Of a stretch of 64,000 nt of DNA, positions 40,918 to 55,299 are shown one piece after another. How positions within the stretch are numbered: the stretch's first letter is position 1; each line of letters opens with the position of its first letter. The stretch covers positions 1 to 64,000 of the forward strand of contig JALMLS010000256.1 of the NCBI GenBank assembly GCA_038496445.1, given 5' to 3'. Below the pieces are notes generated by a model that did not search any database, was not told the origin of the DNA, and saw nothing but the letters and a program-made list of their open reading frames with translations. Both the position numbers and the translations under genes were made by a program. Source of the stretch: Trichosphaerium sp. ATCC 40318 (lineage: Eukaryota > Protista > Tubulinea).

Positions 40918-43900
40918 TTAGTACGTTTTTGTTTAGATTTACCTTTCCTAAAAAAGAACAACAGTTAGAAGAAAGTTGTTTGGGAATAAAAGAAAAAGAC
41001 TATTTTACCTCTTCATTATGAACGATTTTGAGCGTGTAATCCCTTCTTCATCGTCCATATCTCTCCTGCCTGAGTATTTACCGCGATGAGATTGGGTTTG
41101 TATCTTCTATACAGGTATATAAGCATGACAAAGCACAAAACACCTTAACGGCATCTAAAAAAAAAGCAAAATAAACGTACTGCAGATGCTGTGGATGCAG
41201 CCTCTTTTCGCTCTTTACGTGCAGCTTTGGCTTTTTCTAATTTTTTACGACGCTCTAACCTTGCTTTTCTCTTGGTCTTGGTTACCTCGTCACCAAAAGT
41301 ATCTGGGCTTGAAAAGCTCGACTAAAATAACATTAACGAACGGGTACTCAAAAGGAAGGTTGTTTTTCCAATTCCAACTTATCTTTAACGAGCAGACGTA
41401 CATTCACGTGGTCCGAAACTGTTTTTCCTTTATGACCCCTTGGCGTTGAAATATTTGCGCGTGTAACATCAGATGCTGCATAAAAGTCAGACATATTTCA
41501 AAGCAACCACACGCATAGAAAAAAAATTTTGTGTAAATTCGTTTAAACGTACCAGACTTAACACGTCTTATGGAATCACTAGAATCCATGTGTGAAAGTG
41601 ATGACTTCTTGGCTGGAAAAACAGGAAGTTTGGCTCTCTTTATCCTGGTGAATTTTTCCATCACACCTAAAGAAAAAACTTTAAGAAACCAAAAAAAACA
41701 GGCAACAAAAAATGAATTATCAAGTGCTTACCTTGACTGGTGCGCAATTCGCGCCTTCTCTTGTATTCTTTTTCCATATCAGTACTTTTACGTAACTTAC
41801 TTGGTTGTTTACCAATTGATGTACTCAACACGCCTAATATTTAAAGTGAGAAGATAAGAAAAATATGAGAAAGTCTTCGTGTGCAAACATACGAGCTGAG
41901 ACACAACCACGAATCGCATCATCCTCTCCACTCCAGCTATCACTATCTCTACTTTGCTTAAACAAGTTCGAGTCTTTAGGCGTAAAGAAGCAAATCTCAT
42001 GCAAGTTAAGCTCTGAAAGTTGTTTATCAAGGTCTATTGGTTTCCCTGCTAGATCTTCAACCTTGTATCTCTTGAAGCTCAACTCTGGTCGCTTAGCACA
42101 TAACTAAACAGAATATTAGAATAAATAGAAGAAATCTCCAAAGAACATGATAACCGTTGATTTAAACTCATTAAAAGCAATGCAATATGCGTACTTTTTT
42201 GATCAGTGAGCGCACTGTAGTGTTGCCCTTAAAAGCAACAGAGTGTCTTTGTGTATTTGGTAGATACACTATAACGCGATCTTCTACACACACAGGTGCA
42301 GGTGCTATGTTGATTATTAGTTTCAAAACATACCAATCATGTGACATTCATACCTCCTCCTGAACCGAATAAATCATGTTCCATTTGGTCCAAGGCAGCA
42401 CCTATAGTACCACTACGACCTGGTATGGAATCATATGATGACACAGATATCTGTGTCCTTAACAGAGCAGCTCTAGGGCTTGGTTTTGGAGCTACACGTT
42501 GTGGTCGCTCTACAGACATTTGTCTTGCGAGCTTATTGGTTTGAACTTGTTGAAAGTTTTGTTTTAGTAAAATACGTTTTTGTTCCTTCGCAGCTTCCTC
42601 TAGACATTGTATTAGTTGCACACTCTTGAACACAACGAACAAATAAGAAATTACCTTGTTCTTTAACATCCTCAACTGTTTGAGATGATATTTCAGGAAA
42701 CATTGTTGAAAACACAGCAACAAGAGCTTGTATTACTCTGGATACACCTATCAAGTTTTATCAGAATTTGCTATACTTTCTGAATAAAAAATCGTACTCT
42801 GGTAAGATTCACTGTTCGGTTGTGAAGGCATCATTGCCCATCGTTGTATTGCTATTAAAGCAGTTTCAATATCTAATACTACGTTTACGCAAAGACGTTT
42901 GACAGCGTCAAGTTTATCCTAATTACGTAAGCCTGTAAGTGTGCAAGTGATAAGTTGTAATGTTTTACCTCATTTTCAGGGCGTGGTACAGCTGGTGAAG
43001 GTGACCAAAATGCGCTTGAAAGGCTGCCAAGTTCTACACGTATATTGCGTAAAAATACGCATACAGGTTGCGCATTTTCTATGGTATTTAAATGACGTGC
43101 TTTCAACTCTACTTTACACAAGAAAGGCTACAAAAAAAGTAAATTATCATAAAATGTCTCCTTTGACAAAGTAGCTTCAAAGACGTTACCTTTAGGACCT
43201 CAGATGTTGTTAATGAGATGTAAGATTTCATAGCATCTATTTTTTGAGTGTCATCCTTAGCTTCTGCGTATCCAGGTATAGCTAAAAGCATATTTGTAGA
43301 TTGAGATTCTCTTCTCAATAAATCTTGAATATGCAAGTTCAAAGGTCTCATTGTAAGTTTTGATAAATCAGCATAGCTAGGAACCATCGCACTGCCTAGA
43401 ATTATATAAATAAAGGGAAATAAACCTTTCAAAGCCTAAGAAATGGTTTTTCATCAACTCACCAGGATGTAAAGCCAAAAACAAAGAAAAAACGAACAAG
43501 AAAAAAGTAGGCAAAAAAAAAAAGCAAGTGATTGACGTACTTATCATGCGATCTTTGATGTATTTAGAAAACTCTATTTTACCAGAATGATACGCTTTTA
43601 TTAATTCTGTATCACGTATTGGATTATCATCAATAATAGCACCCTCGGAGTAATTACCTTGAAAAGAAAAAATATTAGATTAAATTCCAAAACAATCTTT
43701 TTTTTTTTTGACTTGGACTTAGAAGACATACCAGCCAAAAGAACACAACATCCAATCGACATCGGTAAGTATTCAACATAGTTTCCTTTAATATTAAGGC
43801 TACACTAAAAAAGAAACAGTTACAACAATGTTAAAAACGATATTTGTGAAATAAAACTCTGTGTTTTTGAAAAAAGAAAAAACTAGTTCATACCAAGTTC

Positions 43901-45352
43901 GAAAGTTTTCCAAGTTCTCGTGGTAAAGCGTCAATGCGATTATAACTAAAATCAAGAGAAATAAGACTTGTTATATTGCATAAGAAGTCTGGGAGAGCTG
44001 CTAAATTACAACAACTGCAAGTAAGCGATTCTAGTTGTTTTAATTGTGTCATAGTGCTTGGAAGGTGTTCTAGTTTCTCATTGCCTAATAAAGTAAGAAA
44101 AAGGTAAAAAAACTGCTAAATCGAGTATTTTTCTGAAAATAAGACCCCATACGTGTGAAATCTAAACCCTTCAAGTGGGTAAGCTCTCCTATCTCTTCTG
44201 GAATGACCACAATGTTATTATGAGAGAGATCAAGGTAAACTAATTTTGAAAACGAGCAAAGACGAGCAGGAAACGTTTCTAATTGATTGCTACGGTATCG
44301 CAACGATATCACGTACTCTACAAAAAAATAGGTTAGCAAAAGCCAGAGAAAAAAGCTTGAAAATCGTGCCCAAGTCAACTAAAGAGTATGGCAAGTCATT
44401 AAACCTATTGCCATCAAGGTTTAAACGCGTAACCCATGGTACTACAGCTTCAAGTTGCGTTTCTGAAGGAATGACCTTTGAAAATCGGAGTTAGGTTTTT
44501 TCGCATAAAAGTGTCAACAAAACAAGTATTACGCACTGATAAGCCTAGACCAGAAATATTGAGCTCATCTAAACCGAATTCTGTTGTTTTAGTAATAACT
44601 GACTGCCAGCTCCTTGTAAACGCGCCTGCATCATTACTATTAGCTCAAAAGTGATCAAAGCAATTAATTAGCTTGTAAAACTCAAAAATGGACAAAAAAG
44701 GCTCGTTTACTTTTTTTTTCTCTTATTCAGAACGTACTTTCTGTCACTGTAACTCGTGGACTTTCTATAGCCCTTAGAGACTCTAACCAATCTTCTTTGT
44801 CTTGTACACTCTCAGTTTGGAAGTTGTGGTTTGCAACTCCAATACGAATACAAAATTCGTGTCTGCCCTATGTTTTATGAGCAAAGAGGTGTTTTGTTGA
44901 GTATTTTGTGTTTCGTTATTGTAAAACAAAAAGTTTTCTCCCACAAGACATTCTTTTTATGTACAAACCTCTGAAGCAATTATTGTGTCATCTTTTGGCG
45001 TATCCAAAGCTTCAAAGCAACCTTTTTGTAAGTTTATCCTGTAAGTCGGCGAACCACCTAGTTTTGTATACCCAACCATGAAGAGCTCTGTTTTGCGTTA
45101 GTAAGAAAAAGGGAACGGTGGTGTCACCTTTTTGTGACCCAATATCGCCAGCTAGCTCCCAGTGGAGTCGTGACCACGACGTAGGTACGCTATTGTCCAT
45201 TGTGACGGAATACCATAAGAAACCCATCTATTTACAGTTAGTAACGTTTAGTTCGCATATCAAGGGTGTCGGAGTAGTATTACTTGTTTTGGTTGCTCAT
45301 CAATGCTCGCGCTTGATTGTAAGACTCCTTGTTCTTGCGCGTACGAACCCAT
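40918..45352 (-). CDS. PH + LRR + helical/CUE-like + Ras-binding (ubiquitin-like) domain protein
   Basis: PH (HEFCIR..NFQTESVQDKEDWLESL); about 7 LRRs (YLDLSHNNIVVIPEEIGEL); STMFPEISSQTVEDV (CUE-like); VIVYLPNTQRHSV..TTVRSLIKKLCAKR..IDLDKQLSEL (RBD). Confidence 0.75.
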
Positions 45353-45627
45353 GTGGGAGTTAACAAGAAAGGTAGCAAACAATACAACACAAAACGGAGC
45401 TTAAAAGCTGTCACTTAAAAAACGAAGTCACTACGTTTTCTGAAAATCGGGAGTTATTGTTGCAATAATATGTCACAACAGTACAAAAAACAAAAGTACA
45501 AAAGCACTTGCTGAGTTTGAACCACAAGTTACAAAAACGAACTTTGATAAAACGAAATGTTGCAATAGTTATTAATACGCCCAACAACGCTTGTGATGGG
45601 TTTTATAGGTATTTTTTATTTAAATCT

Positions 45628-47008
45628 TTAGAAGCACGCGTGTCCTTGTCGTGTAAACGACAAACTTACTGTAGTTCCCTTCATAACCTCTGAAGTAACA
45701 TTTATTTCGCCCCCGATGATTCCACAATACAATTTAGACATCGGCAAGCCAACACCATATCCAGATAATGGAGCGCCAAAATTACCTATAAAACTATGAA
45801 CAATAGACCGATTACAAATAGGAGAACAAATCGTTTTCAAAAAAAAAAGTTCAAAAAAATTCACCTGAATACGTGTACGTTGGGTCTTCTTTAGGTTCTG
45901 TAGTACTAAAGAAATCAAACATTTTATATTTAACATCATCTGTTATCCCTAGTAACAGTAAACAAAGCTGTAAACGAGTAATTATGGAAAACTTCACAAA
46001 AATTATTTTGTCTGTTTTTATCAAATCAGAACATGCGTACCGATACCCTGATCTTCTATACTTATAGTAAGCGCTTTTATTGTTTTTTTTATGTCTATCT
46101 TGACGGGTTCTAAATCGTAATCACCAAATTGTTGCTTTAACGCCTAAAGAAACTCATTTAGTCTTGTAAGCACTACCACTTCAACGCTTGGAAACCAAAG
46201 AACGTACTGTAGCCTTCATTGCGTTCTTTAGTAGCTCTACAAACACGTATTGAATGCTTGACTCATCGCAAAACTAAAAAAAATTAGTACAGATTTTCTA
46301 AAAATACGTCATACCAAGGTATGTGCGTCATCTGAATCAGGAAGTTCAACTTCAGGAGCTTCCCCCATTTTATCTATAGTTATGCTGTAACTTTCAGAGT
46401 CTGCAGCTTCAAGGACATCACGTATACGCACACTTTATAGTAAAAAATTAATTAAAACAAAAAGCAAGTTATAACTTACTGTTTTATGTTTGTAAAACTC
46501 TCACTGCCAGTGTGTCGTTTATACTCTGCATCAAGCTCTCTAATGAGCATTCGTGCTACTATCACATTTGTATGTGCTCCATTCAGCATGGCATTAACTT
46601 CAGTCTGAAGTACGCCATCACGTGGTTTTTGTAAAACTGTTTGTAAGTTTATTGCTGAGCTTTCAAGAGATTTTTTAGCGTCCTCTATGTCTAGTAGTGC
46701 CTTAGGAATACCATCAAAGCTAGTTGAAGGTCCTTGAAGCAATGTAGTCACGATATCGTTGTATTGAACAATACTATTGTTTAAATCATCTAAACGCTAA
46801 AATTATATGAGAAAATGTGGTTTGCATCGCATACCTTACTTGTAGCGAAGCGCTCAAGTATTTTTTGTTGATATTTGCTTCTAGAAGCCAGCTCGTCTAT
46901 AACAAACGCTGTGGCTCGCGTTATAGAATCCTTCGTAGTATTTTTTCTAAATTCAGCCAGTTGGTGTAGTGTAAGCCTGCTGGGTGTTCGCAATGCGCGT
47001 ACGAACAT
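45628..47008 (-). CDS. Divergent mitochondrial PDK/BCKDK-like GHKL kinase
   Basis: TPSRLTLHQLAEF; N-box FVELLKNAMKAT; G1 IEDQGIG; G2 APLSGYGVGLPMSKLY..GG..GT. Start codon uncertain. Confidence 0.85.
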
Positions 47009-47203
47009 AAGAAGAACGACGCCGGTTCGTTTGGTAAAAGTGGGAACTGCTGAATGGCATTGAAAATCTTAAACTACCTGGAAAGTCGCATATTTCGCTC
47101 ACGTTGCTTAAAATACAGCCTAACAAGCAAGCACAGCCACTCACAAAGTCGGGAGATTTTAACACATACCAAACCACGTAGGCGTATCGTAGTTGTAGCG
47201 CTA

Positions 47204-48635
47204 ATGAGTGATCCTACTGCTCCAAGCATATGGCGCTACAGCCCAACGGGAATTGGCCGCGTACTGTACGAATCTAAAGTACGACGCGTTCTGTACGTAA
47301 TAAAAGCGTGACAAACTGTCTAAGAAAGCTCTTTCGGAAGTTAATATCATTTTTTTATTCTAAACTAACTAAACGGGCATATTTTGTATTTCTTACGCTT
47401 ATTCATAGCGTTGTACTATGTGCAGCAGCATTTCTTTATTTTGCAACAGCAATCTATTTTGATGCAGCATTGGGAGTCCTTACTTTTTCGTTTCACCTTG
47501 TAGTACCATCAGTACAGATGCTTGTATCTTTATGCCTATATGGAATACTTTCTGCTATTGCTTGGTACGCTTATAACACATTTACACGCTTGATGATATC
47601 AGTTGACTTATTTCACGTGGTTTTTTTCTAGCTTGATTGCATGGCAACCAGTGTCTATTGATGTTGCTGTAGCATACAATGTAGCTCCCTTGACTGTTGT
47701 TTATGTGTCTATGCTTGTTCTTGAACAGTTTTGTTCGAACTCAAATATTTGTCACATGTCTAAAGCAAACGCTATTGTATTTTCATTGATTGGTGCTTAT
47801 GTTGTACTGGGTGCTCGTTTATCTTGGAGAAAGATTGCTGCATGTGGTATAATAGTTGGTGGATTTGTATTAGGTGAGACTGGAGAGTATTAAAGTATCT
47901 TAATGATTAATTAGTTGTTGCTGGAGATGGTACTGTATTCAACTGGTATGGTGCTTTGTTTTCTGCATCACATGCACTTCTTATTGCACTATGTGGTGTT
48001 TTTATCAAGAAAGCTCTACCATACGTCAATTATAATCCTCTGTAAGTATATCAACTGTTGATGTGTTCACACTTGGGCAACTATTTTGTTGTGCTAATAC
48101 ACTTTAGGCGATTACTGACATATAACACGTTTTTATCACTGGTTCTTCTATTGCTTATTATGTCTACAACAAAAAAGATTGACATTTTCTTCAAACGAAG
48201 CTTTTGGCAACAGAAAGAACGCATTTATAAAACAGTGGTATGCCCTCACTTTTCACAATCTCAGTTTTTTTTGTATTCCACAGTTCACTAATATTGTTTT
48301 CTCTTAGTTTTCGGGTGTTCTATCGAGTGTCATCAACTTCTCTATTGTTGTTATAATAGCTTATACATCACCTTTAACTAATAACATACTTGTTATTGTT
48401 AAATCATGTTTTCAAATGATACTTGGATGGATTACGTTATCCGTTTCAATATCAGTTCAAGTAAGTTGTCACACTTTTTCTGTACTGACGCTGAGTCAAC
48501 TAGGGTGTTTTTGGTGTCGGGTTAACATTAGCAGGGTGCTTTTGGTATCACCGTGTCTGGTACTTGGAACTTGTAAAGGTACAAAGGAACGATGCCGAAC
48601 TCACGTCTGTAAATACTTCAATACCTTCAGATTGA
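47204..48635 (+). CDS. Nucleotide-sugar transporter (GDP-fucose transporter/SLC35C1-like, DMT fold)
   Basis: Multiple TMs; IAACGIIVGGF, FIKKALPYV, RLLTYN, YTSPLTNNI..KSCFQ. Confidence 0.8.
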
Positions 48636-48698
48636 TGCTTCCAAAAAAAAAAAATTGTACTTCTACAAAAACTGATAATAAAAAATAACAGTGAGAAA

Positions 48699-51600
48699 AT
48701 GAGTTTGCGAGCGCTGACGATGGCATGTGTCAGCTGTTCAACAAGACATTTCGCGTCAAAAAGACCAATTTTGCATACGGTAAGTGCAGAAAAGACAGAC
48801 ATTTCCAGAAAATTCTGGAACCTTCTAGAAACCAAGTCCCCACAAAGTGCGAAAATTCCTACCTTTTCAGTTTTTTATGGTAATTCAGCTCACCATACAT
48901 CTGGTACAACTCACATGGCTAGCGATAAACGAAACCTAGGAAAAAGTACCAGTCCACGCACCGCTCGGTTAAAAAAGCGGAGGATTGTTATTTTAGGCGG
49001 AGGTTACGCTGGTACGTATTGATAACGAAACAAAGCATGTAGCGCGTTGTTATGTGGAAAAATAATCAGAACTTTTTTGTATTGATTTGAGAATGACGTC
49101 ACTAGGTAGTAGAATAGCTAGACACCTCGATAAAGATAAGTTTTGGGACGTAACACTTGTAGACTCCAAAGTGCGTAAAGTTTACCCGTTAAACTCACTT
49201 ATGATGAGCTCACGCGCGTGTGAGCCCTGGGCTATACTCTTCTTAGCTCGTACATACTTTTTTATGCTAATTGCTTTTTACTTAAAAGAGCTACTTTGAA
49301 AATACCATTGCTGTGCTTCCAGTGATAACAGAACCGCGTATTTCCAAGTCTGTCGCAATATCAAAAAAACTTGTTTGTTTGCACACAAACTACCTTCCTA
49401 ACTCTCGCGTTGTTGTTGAACCGGTACGTACATAATATATCAATGAATGGAAGCTTAGCTAGTTGTAGGTTAAAGAAGTTACTCCAGAAAAAGTAATCAC
49501 TGATAAAACAACTATTTTTTATGATTACCTAGGTACGTCATGATGTCTGTTGGTGATGTCTTCTCACCACCTTCTCTTTTAGTCATTGCCACTGGCACTT
49601 CATACAAGTCAAAGATTAAGTCTCAGTGCGTTTTTTTTTAATATCCACGCGGATGATCACGTGATACTAACAAAGAAGAAATGTTTAGAGATACCGAAAC
49701 AAGTTACAGATTAGAAGCTTTATCTTCAGACGCAATGGAGTTAAAAGAAGCTAACAAGGTTGTTATCGGCGGTGGAGGTATAGTAGGAGCTGAATTAGCA
49801 GGTGAGATTATAACACATTATCCTGAAAAGGATGTCACCATAGTGCATAGTAAAAGCAAATTGGTTGACGAGTAAGTTTCAATTTGTAACGTTTTTCTGT
49901 CTTCTTCTCATTTTTTTGCTTGCAGGCAAGCTTCCAGAGCTTCTGAGATCGTCTATAAATATTTGAAAAAGAAAGTACGTCATTAGGCACTGTAGTTTCT
50001 TTGATTTTGTTATCACCTATGCGATGCATCCTCCAAGTTTTGGCTCTGTAGTAATCGGTTTTTTAGGGAGTAAAGATAATCTTAGACTCTAAGTTGAGGG
50101 AGTCTAAAAAAGATCCTAGAACACTTGTAGTAAAGAAAGGAACCGAGAGGACGAGGATTGACAATGTCGATAAAATATACTGGTGTACTGGACCTAAACC
50201 GAACTCTTCGTTTATGGAAAAGGTACTTTAAAAAAAGTTACATGAGATTTAGGCCTTTTCCTCGATTATTGTTATCACAGACTTATGTGTTGTAAATATA
50301 GCACTTTTCAAATAACTTGAAGAACAGTCATATAGTAGTGAACCAGTTTTTTCAAATAAAGGGTAAGCGTGCCTTCATAAGAAGCAAGAATTTTTCTTCT
50401 TATTTTTGTTGGTATATTTTTTAGTTTCTAATACTCTGTAGGATATCCAAATATCTTTGCAGCTGGTGATGTTACACACTGGAAAGAAGCAAAAACTGCC
50501 GAACGTGCTATAGTTCACTATGAGATAATAAAAGAGCACCTGAAACGGATTGCTAAAGGGAAGCCTTTAAAGAAGACTTACAAAGTAAGTAGAATATCAT
50601 AGTATTGAAGACGATGTTGTTAAGTGCATACGCTTTAGGCAACGGAACCAAAAGCTCTTTTTATAAGCCTCGGAAGCGAATATGCTGTTATGGCATCTAA
50701 TGCTGGGTATGTGTACATTGCCGTCATGGATAAAATCTTCACGTTTTTGTATTGTTTTTGTACTAATACCTCTCTAGTCCATGCACTGCTGGGTATATCG
50801 CACTTCGAATGAAGTTAGCTATATTCAAGTATGTAATGATAACACCCTCTAAAGCAGATAGAGCTGTTGCCACAAGATCACGTATGTCAATTGTTTTGAG
50901 TTCTTTTTTTTTCTAAAGCACATTTTTTAGAGATGGAAAAATCAGTTGAAATAACATGTGATAAAACAGTATTGATACTAAGTCCAGAAGCAATATCTAG
51001 TAAAGGATTGGTAAAGGAGTTATTACTCAATAATGTTAAAGTAAAGGTGTTGGTAAGTGAAAAATATTGAAGAAAAAACTGAGAAAAAAACTAATCTTGA
51101 GGTTTTTTAGCATTCAACAAAAACCCCTGAAATAGATGAACTTGTTGCTTTGTTCCCTGAGTATGGTGAAATAAAAACTATCAAACAAGGGATAAAGAGT
51201 CATCTGGAGAATGTTATAAAAGGTACAGCTTAACTTTTTTTGCTTTGACTTTTGTTGAATAATATTAACAGCTTTTTTTTTAAAAGCATGTGATATCATT
51301 GTGTATGACCCAAAGCATAGTGATGCGGTGACAGAAATGAAATTGCATCTAGATGCAATAAAAAAAGTTGGTCATAAATCAAAACATTTTGTTTATATCC
51401 GTCCAGGAGAGGTACAATTCATTTTTTACTAACTTTTTTTCCTTTGCTGTTTAGTTCTTAGAAACGCTTGTTAGTTTGGGTTCCTAACTACTTTTTCCTT
51501 AAGGCATCGCAGTCTTTTGACTGCAAAACAGAATTACAAGCAACTGATGCTTTAATAAAGAGTGGTGTTAATCACGTGATATTAACGTATCCTGGCATGT

Positions 51601-52288
51601 ATGAATGGCTTTCAAGTTTTGCTGCACCACATGTCCAAATGCAAAGAACATTCTATTATCCACTACCAAAAAACCTTCAAATAAGCTGGGTACGTATAAT
51701 TGAAGAAGAACTAGAAACCATTATATCCTTCCTAATAACAAACAAACCTGAAAAGAACAACCTACCAGGAAGTCCGGACTGACAGGCTTTTATTCATTTT
51801 TTGCACTTTTTTTGTGTTTATTTCTTCGTAGCTTTCAAGCAGGGATGTTGTAAACTCGTTAACAAGTATTATTGGTAATATTGATAAATACTCAAACAAA
51901 GTAGTACGAATAACAGGTCCTGATTTAATATCAGGACCAGAAATTTGCAAGTCAATAGCTCAATCTGGTGCGTTATCTCTAGATATTGGTAAAGCCATAT
52001 AATGACATCCGTCTTTTTTTTCGATGCTCCCTTGTTGGCAATGACTTCTGATTTTTTTTTTGTGTAGTATCAGATGATGTAGACTTCAAAGCAACTAAAG
52101 ATAAGAAAGAAAGCTGTGATTTTTTTGTTGGTTGTGGATTCCCTGAAAAACTTGCTGTAGAGATTTCAGCTAAATATTACAGTCCAGGTTTCACTTCAGA
52201 TGTTAATAGTAATGTTAAGTCTTTATCTGGTTATGATCCACAAACTATTTCTTGTTGGATTGAAGAGAATGCGCACATGTTTTTATAA
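48699..52288 (+). CDS. AIFM2/FSP1-like FAD/NADH oxidoreductase fused to NmrA-like domain
   Basis: IVILGGGYAG, YDYLVIATG, VIGGGGIVGAELAGE, NIFAAGD. In-frame junction at 50881/50931 into an NmrA-like region (ISW|LSSRDV..ITGPDLISG..LSGYDPQTISCWIEENAHMF). Alternative start 48915. Confidence 0.85.
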
Positions 52289-53058
52289 GTGTCATTTGAA
52301 AAAAGCTTGAAGGAAATAAAATGATTACTTGAAGTCTTATTTATTGGATTGAAACCAGTTTGCTATTATTTTGTTAGTGGTAGTTGTATGACGAAATACA
52401 TTTTCATTACCCACTAGAACCCGTGTTAATGAATAAAACGGTTTATGATAGTACCTACGGTGTGTACAAATCTTTGTACCCAGCCTTAAAGGCTTTTACT
52501 AGTTTGAGTATTCACACCTGACAAATAAATGCCATCTAAAAAATCGAAAAATATCGGAATCAATATGTTAGCTACTTACCTATACGAAATTTCAGTCGAA
52601 CTGTGCCATAGAAGCCCACAATAACAGTCCTCGGTATGGAAGCGACACGACCGCATTGATAATTTGTTTAACCATCTAACGGTGAAGGTATGTGATTTCA
52701 AGAACGTTGACTGATAACGCGAAAAGTACAAGTTGAGATACAATCTAACTGGCATATACGTTACACTTTAGACTAACGCTGAGCGAGGCAACAGTAAAAA
52801 CAAGAAACACAACGTTCAAGCTGTGTTAGTGAAGAATGATCTAAGGATGTTTATATAAAGCTTGCCCAAAGATGGAAATAAAAAACAAAAAAAAGAGTGA
52901 TGTTTTAAAACCAGCAAATACACTCCATGTAATGCTTAAGGCCCATGGTACAATTCATGGCAATGACATCCTTCTTGACTTAAGTGAGTTAAGACATTAA
53001 AATGAGCTTTTACAGAAGCTGTGTTTTTGGAAAGAGAGCCAAATACTCTCAAAACACT

Positions 53059-54899
53059 ATGGAGGATCTACCAATTGAAATGGTATCAACATTAATCAAA
53101 AAGAACCCAGTTAGATTTTGTAAATAATACATTCATTAATAGGTGTCAGAAATACTCTCACACGCATCTAATACCACCGATATGGCTAATTTTAGTAGTG
53201 TATCCAAAGCGTGGTTTGATTTGGTTTACACAAACAATGCGCTCATAAAGAAGCTTGCTAAGGAACACTACAAGGTTGGTATGCTAGAAACACCTAACGT
53301 CGGTTTACCTGGCCCTGTACGACCAAACTCGTTACTACTCGCGCTTATTAGTTGTTTGAAAGCATAAATGGTGGCATATATTACGAACTATGGTATCTGC
53401 GCGTGTTTTATTTCTAACAACCGATGCGATGAGAGACACTGTACTAAGTGACTTAAAAGAGCGTATGATTGCTTTTGGGTTCAGGCAAGTGGCAAACGGT
53501 TGAGTTCTTTTTGAATTCTACCGAATAGCTTTACATCTACGCGGAATAGTTCTCTACGCGTACACAACTACATATCGTGTTTCATTTAAATCAGGGACAT
53601 TTTTTGGATAAGAAACAAGGGAAAAACTTTTCAAAGTCCACGGAAATCACGGAAAAACTGCGTTTGAGTTTTGCCCAGTCCAAACTTTTATTTTCAGCTA
53701 GCATTCGCTTTGTAGGAATATGTGGGCGTACGGTATTCATTACAAAAGTTCTTAGCCCAAACAAAAAATGTCCCAGTTTTAAATGAAAGTCGACATGTTT
53801 TACACATGCTACGCGCGTAAAACTTTTTTGTTTTTTACATTGGTACATAAATCGAAAACTAATATATACTAGACATATTGCCTCTCTTGAGTTCAACGCT
53901 GTCATTTCTTCTTGCGTAGATAATGAAGAAGTTAAAAAAAAGACTGTAGAGCTAGCTGCTGTAATTTCTACTTATGATGTTGTTATCAATTTCTCTGATG
54001 GTAATTGGGACAATGCTGAGATTGTAAGACCAATTATGGGTGATGTTTTAAGTGATATGGTTGATAGAGGATGTGGTGTTATTCAGGGCGTCTTCTCACA
54101 CTGTACTTTGCCAGAAAATGTTGGAGGTAGATGGGAGAAGGAACAGTATGATCCACTGTTACCAAGGACAAAAGGTAGAAGCCAGCTAAGGTAATGTTAG
54201 TTAGTTCATTTTTTTTGAAGTTAATTTTTTTTTTTACTAGTGGAACACATCGCTTGGGTGAGGTTTTAATGCCAGAGCATTTTGTGATGACAAATATAAC
54301 TAATATTGAATGCGGATTCATAGGTAAAAAACTTCATATATTTCCCCAAAGGGGATGCAAGAAAACAATAAGAAAAAAAAAGAAGACTTTTTTGAATAAT
54401 ACATCCATCAATTTCGTGGCAGATGACTACTACTGAGGTGTTGGCCATCTACCACAAACTTTATGGCATTGTAGTATTGTTTTGTTGTATTATTTTTTTA
54501 TTGTTATTATTTACTCACAAGCCTTTTGTAGCGCCTTGTGGTATTCTACATCCAAAAGCTAAAGTTATTGCCAATGCAAAAATTACTCATACTGAGTTTG
54601 GTACACCTCCTTTAATTATAGATCTTGATTGTTTCAATGGACGTGTAATGTGCTTAAACTACTATCTTGCATCAACTGTAGGGTACAACAAATTATTTTT
54701 GACTTTAAACAAAACACTTAGAAAGAAAGCTTTTGTTTGCACTAAAAAAAATATTTTTTGCACACATTGTGTTGTATCGCTTGTATCTGACATGTATTTT
54801 AGGTACTATACTGGATGGGATGCTAATACAGATGGAGGTCGTTTGATAGCCAATTGTATAATATCTTGTTGTCCATACAGAAAACTACCTTGTTTGTAG
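53059..54899 (+). CDS. F-box protein with uncharacterised alpha/beta C-terminal domain
   Basis: MEDLPIEM|VSEILS..SSVSKAW F-box; YDVVINFSD..GDVLSDMVDRGCGVI..GGRW..LGEVLMPEHFVM..WDANTDGGRLIANCI. Confidence 0.8.
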
Positions 54900-55299
54900 T
54901 GATAACGACTACCTCACCATTGTTTTATTAAATAGCAACTTTTTTTTTTCCAGTTTGCTTACTTGTATTATGGATGAAGAGGTACTCCTATTGGAAGACC
55001 TGACATTAGAACTTGACTAGACCAGGTAATTAGCTTCAATAAAGATGGCCTTAAATGAGTATAAACAAAACAAATGTGAAAAATCACAGTATTTTGTTTA
55101 GTGTGTTGTATGAAGTTCATGTGCATATAAAAAAACACCATATATATAACTGTAATGTGTGTCAGTAATAACTCGGACGGTTTGTAAATGAAACTTATTA
55201 TTCAATCCGAATCACCATTACAATGATATTAGAATTTTTTGCACTGGCAAGTGCTCCCTTTTATACTTCACAAAGAACCAAAAATAATTTTATGTCTCC

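Noticed and set aside
52936-55054. ttaaggcc..ggccttaa flanking the second F-box gene, as if a TTAA transposon captured it
   Set aside because: Only 4-6 bp of inverted match beyond TTAA; expected by chance.
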